Positions 34,192 through 46,100 of a DNA stretch of 64,000 nucleotides are shown here, in pieces; within the stretch, counting starts at the first letter, position 1, and each line of letters opens with the position of its first letter. Position numbers and translations under genes: made by a program. The DNA comes from a virus. Under the pieces are notes generated by a model that saw nothing but the letters and a program-made list of their open reading frames with translations, was not told the origin of the DNA and did not search any database. Location: the IMG/VR virus record IMGVR_UViG_3300025147_000002. One strand, written 5' to 3'.

Positions 34192-37100
34192 TTTAGATGC
34201 TACTCCTTTAGATGCTGGATTAGGTGATATGTCGTATGCAAGGAACATTGTTGCTACACCTAATAATGTTATTAATGAACCAGGATTTAAAAAACTTATT
34301 ACACTTACAGATAAAACCATTATTGGGATAGTTTCAGTCCCTAATGGTTTTGTTGTATTTTGTAAAGGTGCTATTATAGATAGTATAATGTACTTTGAAA
34401 ATAATGATCCGGATCCTAAGAAAGTATTAGAAAGTGCATTTTTTAATTTTAATGCTACTATAGATAAAGGCAGACCTATATTTGGAGAATATACTTATAA
34501 TTATAAAAAAGATCTTATTATAAGTTTCAGTGAAGGTGTAACTCCAGAAGCTAATGAAACTCGTATAGTTAATATGAATGCCTATACAGATGTACAATAC
34601 ACTAGACTTGATGCTAAACAAGTTGAATTACTAAGTTTAATACCTAATATACAATATCCTAAATTAGATTTTGAAATAGTTAAAGAAGGTAGTAATAAAG
34701 TAGGTACTTATCAAATTGCGGTTGCTTATAAGTTACAAGATGATACATATAGTAACTTTAGTATACTACATAAGACTGTCCATATTATACCTGACACATT
34801 AGATGATAATAAACCAGGCACTAGTATATCTAAATCTATTAAAGTTATTGCTAGTAATATTGATACTAAATATGTTTACTGTAAATTAGGTATAGTATAT
34901 AAAGAAGAAACTGCTGAACTTGCATATGAAACAGGAGATATACTAGTAACAGAACTTAATAACTATTTAATTACATCTGTATCTGCTATGAATAGTATTG
35001 CTATAGATACAATTGTATTAAGCAGTATATCATATATTAAAGATAATGCACATTGTAGTTTTAACGCTAATTTAATTAGAGGTAATGTCACAACAGTTGA
35101 TTATACAGGTTTGGATGCTATTGGGAAAACGATTGCGGATGCTTGCAAAGTTGATATTAATTGGATTGATTTACCTAATCCACTTAATAATGATTTATCT
35201 AATGCTAAGTATTTTCGTGAAGATGAAATGTATGCTTTATATTTAGGTTTATTAGATTATAAAGGTAATGTTATAAATTCATATCCAATACACCATAAAT
35301 TAGCAGATACTACCATATCAGCATCAAATGGTAATGCACATCAAATTCCTGTATACGCAGGTGAGGGTGCCAATAGTATTACTATAAATAGTGGTTATGC
35401 TTCATTAGAATATGATAGAGTTATAACTACTGTTACTACAGATTATAATGCTATTAACTTTTCATTTAATAAACCTAATGGAGGTTTAGTATCACCTGGT
35501 ACTAATCTGTTTATGTCACAAGGTAGTTCTAAGATATTCGATGGTAGTTATATAACTAATCCTACAGCCGATCCTATATCTGTTAATTTAAATCTATCAT
35601 TTAATGTGGCAACTAATACAGCATTAGATACACGTTTAGCAGTTGTTAAAATATATAATTATAATGCTACAACTAAAGTTTTAGGTACTTTAATAGATTC
35701 GATTGTTAGTCCTTATACATCTGGTGGTTTTACATTTAATTATAATCGTGTAACAGCTATTGCCGGTAATGCATCTATTGCTATATTTGTAGGTCTAAAT
35801 GAGATATATAATCAAACTCCTGTACCTAGTTATACAGATACATTATTAAATAACGCAACACTTACTATGACAGATGGTAGTGTTACAACTATACTTAATA
35901 AACCAGCTGCTTTACTTAAAGTAATTATACCTTCAAATGTAGTTACTTTACTAGGTACATTATCTTCGACTATTAAACAATGTTGTATATTTTATGCAGA
36001 GCACAATACAGATAATTCTAAAGTACTTAGTCAAGCATTTGCTACACGTGATACTCATATCAATAATATAAGTGATAATGCATACCACTGTGCATTTAAA
36101 AGTCATACTAAACTTAGACTTTATTCATTTGATTATTTATTTAATAAAAAAAATATATCTAATGCTGATATTAAATCTCAATATAAGCTAGGTGGTTTTG
36201 CAGGTACTTCCGATAGAGATATCAATGAAGATATCCCTAATCATTCGTGGGGTCATCTTACTAAAATATTTGAAGAACCTAGCTATATAAATAAAAGTAT
36301 TACTTCAATTACTCCACAAAGTGCTATAGAATATGTTGGATTAGATAATTCAGTACAAAATAATACAGCTAGTGATTCATTCTATAGAGCTAATCTTACA
36401 TATCAGCAAGTTAATACTTTATTAGGTGGTAATGCTAGTAAAGCTGAAGGATCAGAACTTATAGATATAGTATATTTATATGATAATTTTTGGCATGATA
36501 ATGGTTGGGGAGATGGCCCTTATCCTTCTGATGTAGCTGGTTATAACGCTCCTGAAGGTAGAGACGTTATTAAATTTAGATTTGCTTTAGTTAATATAGT
36601 TAATCGTTCTATTAATTTATATTCTAATTTATATAATCAAACATTAGTTATATGTAGTTCTATAATTAATCTAACACCTAACGCTATATTAAATTGTAGT
36701 GGTGATACATTCTATGGTAATTTTACATTTAGAATGACTGCCCCTATCACTAGTTATTTCTATGGTAATTCAGATGGTTCTAGAGATGGTAATGTATTTA
36801 AAGTAATTATATCTATTGCAATTGAAAGTAGATATAATATTCAAGGTAGATTTAGTGGTGCTAATCCATATCAAAAGGTATTTAATATAGGTACTCGTAG
36901 TCCTACTAATGAAACAGATCGTAAAGCATTATTTGCTATTAGTTATAAGTATGATAATTTTATTAATACATCTGAAGGCAAAGGTTATAGTAATGCTCTA
37001 CATGAAAATGGTATGGCTGTTAATGTATATGTAAAAGAACTTAAAGGTATATCAAAACTTATTAATAGAGTTATACGTAGTAATGCTAATAATAGTGAAT

Positions 37101-38341
37101 CTATGACACTTGGTTGGAGATATTATAATGCTAAAAATTATAAAGATCTTCCATTACAACGTGGTGGTATACAAGTTTTAAGTTCTACAGATAGATATCT
37201 ATATATACAACAAGAATATGGTTTAAGAGTTGCTAGTGTACAAGATAAACTTAGTGCTGAATCTACTACTGTATTAGGATCAAGTGATCTATTTGATAGA
37301 GAACCTGTAGAAGTACTATATGATAAGTTTGGATATATAAGTTGTGCTAATAAGTTTGGTACTACTTTAACACCTATCGGATATGTAGTAGTAGATCCAT
37401 TGAAAGCTAAGATATTCCTAGTTAATGGACTTGAAGCAGTAGAACTTACTAAAGACAATGTTAAAGATTGGTTTGTATATAATATTAATAATACAGATGT
37501 AGCTTTAGATAATCCTTTTACTACTAACGGTATACATATAACTTATGAAGATATACATAAACGATTACTTTTTACATATAAAAGTAGTGTCGAAGATAAA
37601 CGTATTACTCTATCTTATAGTTTGCTTAGAGGTGGTTTTACTTGTTTTCATGATTATAATGGTGATTATTCCTTCTATAATAACTTAGGTACATATCATA
37701 TTAGTCATATTATTAGTAAAGATGGTCTTACTACATTTACTACTATTTATAAAATGAATGATAGTTGTAAAGCATTATACTTTGATGAAAAAGACATTAA
37801 TGGTAATATAATTAGACTTGTTAAAGAATCTGTTGTTAGACTTATATGGAACCCTGAAAGTACAATTAGTAAACTACTTCAAGAAGTTGAATGGCAAACA
37901 CTTATTAATACTAAAGGCAATAGTGGAAGTCTATATCATTATGATGCTACTGTTAGTAAATTGATGTTACACAATGATACACAATGTACGGATATAGTAA
38001 ATGTTAATGATAATATAGATTGGTTTGATGCTACTAGTGGTACTCTTAAAGCTGGTAAATGGTTCTTTAATGCTATCAATGATACTGTAATTAATGACTA
38101 TCTGCCGTTCATTAAGGACTTTGACAAGCTCCAATTAAATAACTTAAGTAATACTAAGGAGTGGTTTGATATATCGAAATTTATATGTACATTCGCCTAC
38201 GTTACAATGATTTATGACAATTACTACTATGACAGTATAGATCGTGATTGGTACGCAAATGATGATACATTACATACACGTACGCAAGCTGACTTTGTTC
38301 TGAATAATGTTAATGTAAAAGCTATAAAAGATAACCGTTAA
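34169..38341 (+). CDS. large tail barrel / muzzle-type structural protein (putative)
   Basis: 1390-aa beta-rich ORF preceding the cargo and RNAP genes. Its size and position resemble the large tail proteins of crAss-like phages. No motif verified. Confidence 0.5.
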   Translation: MELTKKLNLDATPLDAGLGDMSYARNIVATPNNVINEPGFKKLITLTDKTIIGIVSVPNGFVVFCKGAIIDSIMYFENNDPDPKKVLESAFFNFNATIDKGRPIFGEYTYNYKKDLIISFSEGVTPEANETRIVNMNAYTDVQYTRLDAKQVELLSLIPNIQYPKLDFEIVKEGSNKVGTYQIAVAYKLQDDTYSNFSILHKTVHIIPDTLDDNKPGTSISKSIKVIASNIDTKYVYCKLGIVYKEETAELAYETGDILVTELNNYLITSVSAMNSIAIDTIVLSSISYIKDNAHCSFNANLIRGNVTTVDYTGLDAIGKTIADACKVDINWIDLPNPLNNDLSNAKYFREDEMYALYLGLLDYKGNVINSYPIHHKLADTTISASNGNAHQIPVYAGEGANSITINSGYASLEYDRVITTVTTDYNAINFSFNKPNGGLVSPGTNLFMSQGSSKIFDGSYITNPTADPISVNLNLSFNVATNTALDTRLAVVKIYNYNATTKVLGTLIDSIVSPYTSGGFTFNYNRVTAIAGNASIAIFVGLNEIYNQTPVPSYTDTLLNNATLTMTDGSVTTILNKPAALLKVIIPSNVVTLLGTLSSTIKQCCIFYAEHNTDNSKVLSQAFATRDTHINNISDNAYHCAFKSHTKLRLYSFDYLFNKKNISNADIKSQYKLGGFAGTSDRDINEDIPNHSWGHLTKIFEEPSYINKSITSITPQSAIEYVGLDNSVQNNTASDSFYRANLTYQQVNTLLGGNASKAEGSELIDIVYLYDNFWHDNGWGDGPYPSDVAGYNAPEGRDVIKFRFALVNIVNRSINLYSNLYNQTLVICSSIINLTPNAILNCSGDTFYGNFTFRMTAPITSYFYGNSDGSRDGNVFKVIISIAIESRYNIQGRFSGANPYQKVFNIGTRSPTNETDRKALFAISYKYDNFINTSEGKGYSNALHENGMAVNVYVKELKGISKLINRVIRSNANNSESMTLGWRYYNAKNYKDLPLQRGGIQVLSSTDRYLYIQQEYGLRVASVQDKLSAESTTVLGSSDLFDREPVEVLYDKFGYISCANKFGTTLTPIGYVVVDPLKAKIFLVNGLEAVELTKDNVKDWFVYNINNTDVALDNPFTTNGIHITYEDIHKRLLFTYKSSVEDKRITLSYSLLRGGFTCFHDYNGDYSFYNNLGTYHISHIISKDGLTTFTTIYKMNDSCKALYFDEKDINGNIIRLVKESVVRLIWNPESTISKLLQEVEWQTLINTKGNSGSLYHYDATVSKLMLHNDTQCTDIVNVNDNIDWFDATSGTLKAGKWFFNAINDTVINDYLPFIKDFDKLQLNNLSNTKEWFDISKFICTFAYVTMIYDNYYYDSIDRDWYANDDTLHTRTQADFVLNNVNVKAIKDNR

Positions 38342-38356
38342 TAATACAATAAAGAT

Positions 38357-40366
38357 ATGAAACGAAGATATAAAGAAGGTGGTGTACTACCTAATGGTAT
38401 GTTAGAAGAAGTAAGTATAACGGCTAAACGTCAAATTGCTCAACCGGTACAAATTGATACTGCTACAATTACAGCTAAACGTAGACCTAAACCAGAAGCA
38501 ATGTTGCCTGTTAGATCAGTTAAAGATATTGTTGCTGCACATGGTAATATATTTGGTAGTTCACCTGAACAACGTGATATAGCAGTTGAATATAAACAAG
38601 CACAGCAAGGTAAGAAGTTTATGCCTGCTAGTTATATTACACCTAGACGTAAAATGGCTATTGGTGGTGTTGTTAAATCTAAATGGTCAGGTAGTGAATA
38701 TGGTCAAGCAGCAGTAAGTGCAGGTAGTGGTATACTATCTGGTATGGGTACAGGAGCTATGTTGGGTACTGTAGCTGGTGTTCCTGGTATGGTAGCCGGT
38801 GCTATTATAGGAGGTGTAGTCGGTTTAGCATCTGGCATAATAGGAGGTGGTGCTGCTGCTAAACAACGTGCTGCTGCTCAAGAACAACAACGTCAAGGTT
38901 ATCTTGCTGCTGTAGATGAAAAGAAAACTATGGATGCTACTCGTTTAAGTGAAGCTACATTTAATGAGAAGTCTACACAATTCTATGCTAAACTTGGTGG
39001 TAGAATACCTAGGGCTAGTGGTGCAGGTTTAGTTCCAATTGCTAGAGATATGAAAGCCGTATATGGACCTACACATGAACAATCAGATGGTAATGGTGGC
39101 ACAGGTGTATCATTAGATGATCAGACAGAAGTTGAAGGTGGTGGTAATGGTAAACGTGGTGAAGTTATAGTTGATACTGCAAAAGAATCTAAAGTATATT
39201 CAGATGCCTTTGGTATTAATGGTAATACATTTGCAGATATGGCTATGGCAGTTGGTACACGTAAAGGTCAGATAGAAAATGCTGTTAAAACAAATGAAGA
39301 TATGTTAGATAGAACTTTACAAGCAGTTGATAAAACTGTTTATAATCCTACTAAAGGAACACATACACGTAATGCTCAAAAACTTGCATTTCGTAGTCAG
39401 AAACTTATTGCCAGAGTTGCACAAGCAGATGGTCAACTTGCTAGTTTATTTGATATACAAGAACAAGCTAAAGGTGATATTCAAGCTCAAGGTGAACAAA
39501 TTCGTAAGATGGCTTGGGGTGGAACTAAACCTTTAAACTTAGATCCTCTATCAGGTGGAAGTATATCTACAATGTCACCTAGATATACACCTCTACAACT
39601 TAGTAAAACTTTAAAAGCTATGGGTAATACACCTGATGTATATAATCCTAAAGGTTCGATTGGAGTATCTGGTATGTCAGCAGGTACTATGCAACTTGCT
39701 ACTAATGTAGGTTCTACTTTACTACAAGGTGTTGGTAATATGATTACACTTAATCAAATGAGTAAGATACCTACACCTAAACGTGCACCTATTCAAGGAG
39801 CCAGACTTAATAGTAATTTTGATGTTAGTAATCAATTAGAACAAATAGATTCTACTACAGGTCAGGCTATGAAGTTTATAGGTGATAATGTATCTAATAG
39901 TAATGTTGCAACTCAACATATGAAAGAGATACTACTTAATAAAGGTCGTAGTAAGAATCAATTATATGCACAGAAATATGCACAAGAACGTGGTGTAGAG
40001 AATCAGAATGTACAACTTGATTATCAGAATAGAGTAGCTAATAGTGAAATTGATTATGAGAATCAAACTAATCAGTTTAATAGAACTATGGATTACTATA
40101 CTAAACAAAGTCAAGCTATAGCTCAAGCTACACAAGGTGCTCAAGATGCTGCTTCACAATATGCACAATCTGAATATCAACAACAGCAACTTGCTATGTA
40201 TAGTAGTTTAAATCCTACAGGTGTTAATACTACAATGAATCGTGCTTTTGATCCTAATGCTAAATATGATATATTGCCTGAATATGATGCACAAGGTAGA
40301 CGTATTAAAAAACAACGTTATGGTGGTGCAATACCTCGATCTAGACGTAAACTTAAAGTAGCTTAA
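38357..40366 (+). CDS. glycine-zipper, Q/N-rich putative ejected (cargo) protein
   Basis: 669-aa ORF with GAMLGTVAGVPGMVAGAIIGGVVGLASGIIGGGAAA, a duplicated ITAKR motif, recurring hydrophobic-x-GG motifs and a basic C-terminus. Confidence 0.55.
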   Translation: MKRRYKEGGVLPNGMLEEVSITAKRQIAQPVQIDTATITAKRRPKPEAMLPVRSVKDIVAAHGNIFGSSPEQRDIAVEYKQAQQGKKFMPASYITPRRKMAIGGVVKSKWSGSEYGQAAVSAGSGILSGMGTGAMLGTVAGVPGMVAGAIIGGVVGLASGIIGGGAAAKQRAAAQEQQRQGYLAAVDEKKTMDATRLSEATFNEKSTQFYAKLGGRIPRASGAGLVPIARDMKAVYGPTHEQSDGNGGTGVSLDDQTEVEGGGNGKRGEVIVDTAKESKVYSDAFGINGNTFADMAMAVGTRKGQIENAVKTNEDMLDRTLQAVDKTVYNPTKGTHTRNAQKLAFRSQKLIARVAQADGQLASLFDIQEQAKGDIQAQGEQIRKMAWGGTKPLNLDPLSGGSISTMSPRYTPLQLSKTLKAMGNTPDVYNPKGSIGVSGMSAGTMQLATNVGSTLLQGVGNMITLNQMSKIPTPKRAPIQGARLNSNFDVSNQLEQIDSTTGQAMKFIGDNVSNSNVATQHMKEILLNKGRSKNQLYAQKYAQERGVENQNVQLDYQNRVANSEIDYENQTNQFNRTMDYYTKQSQAIAQATQGAQDAASQYAQSEYQQQQLAMYSSLNPTGVNTTMNRAFDPNAKYDILPEYDAQGRRIKKQRYGGAIPRSRRKLKVA

Positions 40367-40372
40367 TCATAC

Positions 40373-40398
40373 AGTCCGATTGTTAATTCAGTCGGACT
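40373..40398 (+). terminator. weak hairpin after the 669-aa gene
   Basis: agtccga (40373-40379) pairs with tcggact (40392-40398). 7-bp stem, 12-nt loop, followed by ttcacattt. No strong U-tract. Confidence 0.3.
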
Positions 40399-40423
40399 TT
40401 CACATTTAAAACAATATACAATT

Positions 40424-43162
40424 ATGGCTCAACCATTGAACTTTGGACAACTTACATATAAACAAGGTATGAATACTTTGGTAGGTGCTCCTGTAGAAAC
40501 TTATGCTAAAGTAGGTGCAGAACTAACTGATAGATATTGGAAAGTTAGACAAGGTGTAGCTGATACTAAGAATGCACTAGCTAATATGTCTATTAATAAA
40601 GAGTACGCTAGTGATAGTTTAGTACTTAAACAAGCTGCTGATGAACTAGAGAATGATTTTAGACAAGCTAGTGAATCTGGTATGTGGCATACTGCACAAG
40701 GTACACTTATAAATAGTATTAGTAAGATTAATAATAATGCAGGTTTGAAACTTGTATTAGCTTCTAAGGCTGCCAAAGATAAAGTTAATAAAGAAATTGA
40801 TGATGCACCTGATTGGTCATCTGAACAGAAACAATCATGGAAACTTAAGAATGAACTTAATAATAATGGAGTAGTTAAAGATCCTACTACAGGAGTTTAT
40901 ACAGGTGGATTTCAAGGTACATCGCTTCCTAAATATATTAGTACTATATCAGTACTTAAAGAAGCTAGTGATATAGTTGGTAAGTTTAATCCTAGTTCTG
41001 ATACACAAGAAAGTTTTACTAGTGAAGCAAAACGATTAGGTATTGGTGCTATGACTACTGTCATAGATGGTAAAGAAATGTCATTAGATGCTTTTGTTAG
41101 TAGTCGCAAAGTTAGTAATAAAGAGTTAAGTGAAGAAGTAGTAGCTGATTTTGTTAGAAATGCTATGTTAAGTAATGGTGCTTATATTCAAAGTCTTAAT
41201 GCAGAACATAGTATGGATTTATTTAATACTCGTTTGCAAACAGATGATAAAGGTAATTTACTTAAAACTGCAAATGGCCAACCTATACTTAAACCTGTAG
41301 ATAATTCTGTTATAGCTAATGAAATTAGAAATAGTCCTATGACTAAAGTTGATATTTTATATGGTGCTTTAGGAGAAGATGCAAAAGTATTTGATGTTAA
41401 AAAACCTACTGCTATACAAGTAGTTCAACAGAAGGCATTACTTAATAAATTAGGTATTACAAGTTTAGAAGGTATTGCTGGAAGTAAAGTAGCAATGGAT
41501 ATGTATGTAGCTAATGCTATGAATTTAGTATTATCGGATGGTAAAGGTGGATTAATACAAGATGATAATACTAAAGCAAAAATATATTCTAAGCTTAGGA
41601 CTAATATAGATATTAATCGTAATGCTAATTCTTTAGGATCTGGTATTGGATTTAAAGAATATAGTAGTACATTAGAATATAAAGCTATGCCTGGATATGC
41701 ACAACTACTTGGACAGAAACATAAAAAGGCTTTGGAAGATATGACTAAAGGTATGACTGTAATGCAAGGTATGACTGTACCTATTAGTCCTTCTAGAACT
41801 ATTAAAACTATGGCTCAAACTACAGATGCCTTAAATGCTAATGGTCTTAAAATAAGTGTAGCTGAAAATAATCTTAAATTAATAGAAGGTTCTACTGTAG
41901 AAAATATGCCATCTGATATTAAAACTAATTTTATTATTAAAGATAATAAAGATAGAGAGGCTGTTATAGCAAGACTTAAAACAGATATATCTCATGATAA
42001 AAATATACAAGCTTCATTACTTATGAAAAAAGATAATTCAGAATATGAATTACAACGTGTATTTAAGAAAGCTGCTGAAAGTGGTATAACAAGTATGGCT
42101 AAAGTATCTACTAATGTAGTTCCTTTGAATGATAAAGAATATATGAGTACTTTTCAATTACCTTCCGTTCAAGCTGGTATACCATTTGATGAAGCTATGA
42201 TAAAGAACAATATTAAAGTTGATTCTAAATATTATAAAGCAGCTAAAGCAGAATACGATAATCAATTAAGTCAACAGGCAGAAACACTTAATACTAGAAT
42301 GATCGAAAAAGGTATTGAACTGCAAGATGTATCTAATCTTACAGTGGTAGATGGTAGAAATAATCCTGCATATCAAGCTACTATGACACAAATTAAACGT
42401 CAATTACTTGAAAATAGTATTGTAGGAACAGTTAGAGATACAAAACATAGTGATAATCCTGAACTTCAAACTAGTGATACATCATGGAGAGATTTAGCTA
42501 ATCTTAATTCAGAAGATGTGCAAGTTAGTAGGATTATTGTTGAAGAAGGTGCATTAGGTACTGATCCAGGAGATGCTGTATTTCAAGTTACTAAGTTTTA
42601 TCCTAAAGATTATAAAGAAGGCAGTAGTAGTAATCAATCTCCTAAAGCAGGTACTATGCAAGATAAAAGTATTATAAGTTTTCCGGCTGCACAACTTAAT
42701 CAAGATCTAAATGTACAAATGATAAGAAGTGCTAAGAGTGCTTGGGCTGATCCTGAGTATAGAGCAGATGCTAGTTTAACCATGGAGGTTGCTTATAAAG
42801 ATTTAGCTGCATCTTTACCATTTGCTGATTATAATGATGGTAAATATGGTAAAGTGCTGGCTATTGATAATAACAGATCATTAGGTAGTAATATGAATGT
42901 TCTTGTTAAAGATTTAATACCAGGTGATCCATTTAAAGCATTAATTAATAATACACCTGTTACTATTACTAAAAATAGAGATGGTAATATGACATTTGTA
43001 GTTATGAAAGAAAATGGTATAACCCCTTTATATCAAGAAGAATATGATGCGCGTATTAAACAACATCTTCCTACAGAATCACTCGAACCTTTTTTAGGTA
43101 GACCCACAACGGCTTCTAAATTTATGGCTGGATTTGCTGCTCAAATATTTCAAATTAAATAA
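40424..43162 (+). CDS. putative internal virion / cargo protein (912 aa)
   Basis: Long helical, K/N/Q-rich ORF between the glycine-zipper protein and the giant ORFs. Assignment by position only. Confidence 0.5.
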   Translation: MAQPLNFGQLTYKQGMNTLVGAPVETYAKVGAELTDRYWKVRQGVADTKNALANMSINKEYASDSLVLKQAADELENDFRQASESGMWHTAQGTLINSISKINNNAGLKLVLASKAAKDKVNKEIDDAPDWSSEQKQSWKLKNELNNNGVVKDPTTGVYTGGFQGTSLPKYISTISVLKEASDIVGKFNPSSDTQESFTSEAKRLGIGAMTTVIDGKEMSLDAFVSSRKVSNKELSEEVVADFVRNAMLSNGAYIQSLNAEHSMDLFNTRLQTDDKGNLLKTANGQPILKPVDNSVIANEIRNSPMTKVDILYGALGEDAKVFDVKKPTAIQVVQQKALLNKLGITSLEGIAGSKVAMDMYVANAMNLVLSDGKGGLIQDDNTKAKIYSKLRTNIDINRNANSLGSGIGFKEYSSTLEYKAMPGYAQLLGQKHKKALEDMTKGMTVMQGMTVPISPSRTIKTMAQTTDALNANGLKISVAENNLKLIEGSTVENMPSDIKTNFIIKDNKDREAVIARLKTDISHDKNIQASLLMKKDNSEYELQRVFKKAAESGITSMAKVSTNVVPLNDKEYMSTFQLPSVQAGIPFDEAMIKNNIKVDSKYYKAAKAEYDNQLSQQAETLNTRMIEKGIELQDVSNLTVVDGRNNPAYQATMTQIKRQLLENSIVGTVRDTKHSDNPELQTSDTSWRDLANLNSEDVQVSRIIVEEGALGTDPGDAVFQVTKFYPKDYKEGSSSNQSPKAGTMQDKSIISFPAAQLNQDLNVQMIRSAKSAWADPEYRADASLTMEVAYKDLAASLPFADYNDGKYGKVLAIDNNRSLGSNMNVLVKDLIPGDPFKALINNTPVTITKNRDGNMTFVVMKENGITPLYQEEYDARIKQHLPTESLEPFLGRPTTASKFMAGFAAQIFQIK

Positions 43163-43168
43163 GAAGTT

Positions 43169-46100
43169 ATGGATAATAGATTTAATACAGATACATCAGG
43201 TGGTCCATATAGTACCTTTCTTACTACTCCTATGCCTAAAGTAGGACTTGCTGATCTAAGTAAAACACCTATTGGAGAAAGATCTTTAATATCTGGTAGA
43301 GGTGATCAATTCAATACTTCTTTTAAAGCTGCTTATGATTCATATGATTCATATGTACATGGGGCTAATTATAAACTAGGTGGTTTAGATGAAATGCGTG
43401 CTCAGAATCAAGGCGGTTGGGAACGTACAGGTAGATCATTTGCACAATTAGGCGGTACTATACTTGGTCAAGTAATTGCAGGTAGCGGTAGTATTCTTAA
43501 ATTACTTGGTAATCCTATTGATACAGGTCAAATGTTATATGGAGATACTAGTGCTGAAAACTATGAAGATACTAAAAATGGTATTATAGGTTCTTTTGGA
43601 CATATGCTTGAAACATCTGGTATAGCTATTCAAAAAGGTATTGAAGAAGCTATGCCTATATATCAAACACAAGTTGCTCAAGAAGGTGGTTGGGGTAAGT
43701 TTGGAGATTCTAGTTGGTGGGCTGCTATGTTTCCTACTGTAGGTTCTGCTATGGCTAGTTTTGTACCTGTATTAGGTGCTATGAAAGGGCTTAATGTTGC
43801 CGCTGGATTGCTACGTGAAGCTGGTGCCATAACTGGTATTGGTCGAGGTATAGGTCTAGCTAAAGGTTTGGCAACAGTTGGAAAAGCTTTTCAAACTAGT
43901 AATGTAGCACAAGTTTTGACAGGTACTATGTTTAGCACTCACCTAGATGTTATGCAAGAAATTGCTAATCAGTATGACAGTGAACTTAAATATGGTAAAG
44001 AACAGTTAGGTATGAATGATAAGGAAGCTTTAGATTATGCTTCTAACTGGGCTGCTAGTTCATATCGTAAAGGTGTTATGGCTACATCTGTATTTGAACT
44101 TGGTCAGATGAAAGTTCTGTTAGGTTCAGGTAAATTTATGACAAGTATGGCAACTGCTAATGCCAAAAAAGCTACAAAGCAATATTTGAAAACTATATTT
44201 ACAAAAGGTGTGGCAGCAGCTGATGCTGAAATTGGTGCTATTGCTGCCAAGACTATTAAGAAAACATTTGTTAAAGAAGCTTTCAATTTAGGTAGTGTTG
44301 CTTTAGGAGAAGGTTTTCAAGAGATGGGTGTTGATGTTGCTTTAGCAGAAGGTAAACGTGAAGCTAAAATGAATGCAGGATTTGAAGATTTTAGTCCTAC
44401 AGCTATAGGTGATAGATTATCCGATTTTGCTAGTAAAGGTAAGAATTGGGATAGTTTTATTTGGGGAGCATTTGGTGGTATGCTTATGACAGGTGGTAGA
44501 AGTGCTATTGATTCTATTCTATATAAAGATACTGCTAATAAAGAATTAGATATAATTAAGAATCATCTAGATACACTTTCTAATCTTACAAAAGGTCTAG
44601 CTAGTTATGATAGTACGGCATCTACTGTAGATCAACATGGTAACAACTTTAAATTACTCTTACCGTTAATTCATAATTCTATTAAAAATGGTACATTTGA
44701 TGTTACCAATAAGTTTATAGCAGATATGTCTAAATTAAATGGTATATCTGATACTGAACTTAAAGTATTAGGATTTACTATAGACTCTATAGAAGGTGCT
44801 AAAGTTATTAAAACTGAATTAGAACGTGCTAGTAAAATATATCAAGAAGCTTTTAAAAAGAAGTTTTCAGAAGATGATACTGAAAATAAGATTACTCAAA
44901 TTAATTATGCTCATTCTAAACATTCTTTTGAATATTGGAATGACTTTGATAAGAAATATGCAGATTTAATAGCAGAACGTAGAATTGAATTAAGTAAACA
45001 AATAACTGATTTAAATAAAGATTATAGTGCTAATGAAATACTTAAAGATCATACTAAATTTGAAATAGATGATATTCAAGTTCAGATAGATGGTATGACA
45101 TCTGCCAGAAATCAAGCACAAACTAATTTAAGTAATGCTCAATCAGAACGTCTAGATTTAGTAGATCAGATTAAAAGAGTTAAAGATAAATTTACAGATA
45201 ATGCTGTAACTAATAATAATCTTGTAAATGTATCTGATTTTGAAGCAATTCGTGTAAATGCTCGTATATCTAATTTCAGACATTTAGCTACATTAGAATT
45301 AGCACTTAAAGCATTAGAAGGTGAAGTATATAATCAAACTACTCTACGTAATGGTTTAGATAAATCAATTGCTGACAGTAAATCTAAGAAGGTACTAAAA
45401 GCTACTGAATTAGCTGCATTACGAGTTCAAATAGCAAGTCTTAAAATTACTATAGAATCTACTACAAAAGATGTTGAACTTAGTAAAAAACCTGAATTAT
45501 CAACTGTAACTGATATTGAACTTAATAGATTAATGTTAGAGCGTGCTGTTATAGCTAAACAAACGGCAGAGAATGTTACAAAGTTAAAGATATATGATGA
45601 TCCTATTAAATTAGCTGAATATTTAGCTAAACAAAAAGAATTTAGAGATATAGCAACTGCCACTTATTTAACTGATTTAAAGAATCAAATGGTAAACGCT
45701 TTAACTAGTCTTAATATAGATACGATTGTTAAAGAAGCTAAAGATGCAGGTTTAGATTTATCCAAAGAAGGTATTGCACGTAAGAAACAAATAGTTATAA
45801 ATAATAATAATAATAGAGTTGTTCCACCAGTTATTAAACCTATTATTAATAATAAATTGACAGATAGTATTGGAACACCTTACACTATATCTCCAACAAG
45901 TGACATACTTACTGTAGGAATACATAATGGTACAATCATAAGTATTGGAGATACTATTATACCATATAATTCTGCTCAACCTAAACTAAAAGGTACTCCG
46001 TTAGTTGTTACTAAATTTAGTAAATCTACTAGTGGAGGTTCAATTAGTATAAGTGTACATACTGAAAATAATGTATTTAGACCAGATGATCTTATTAAAG

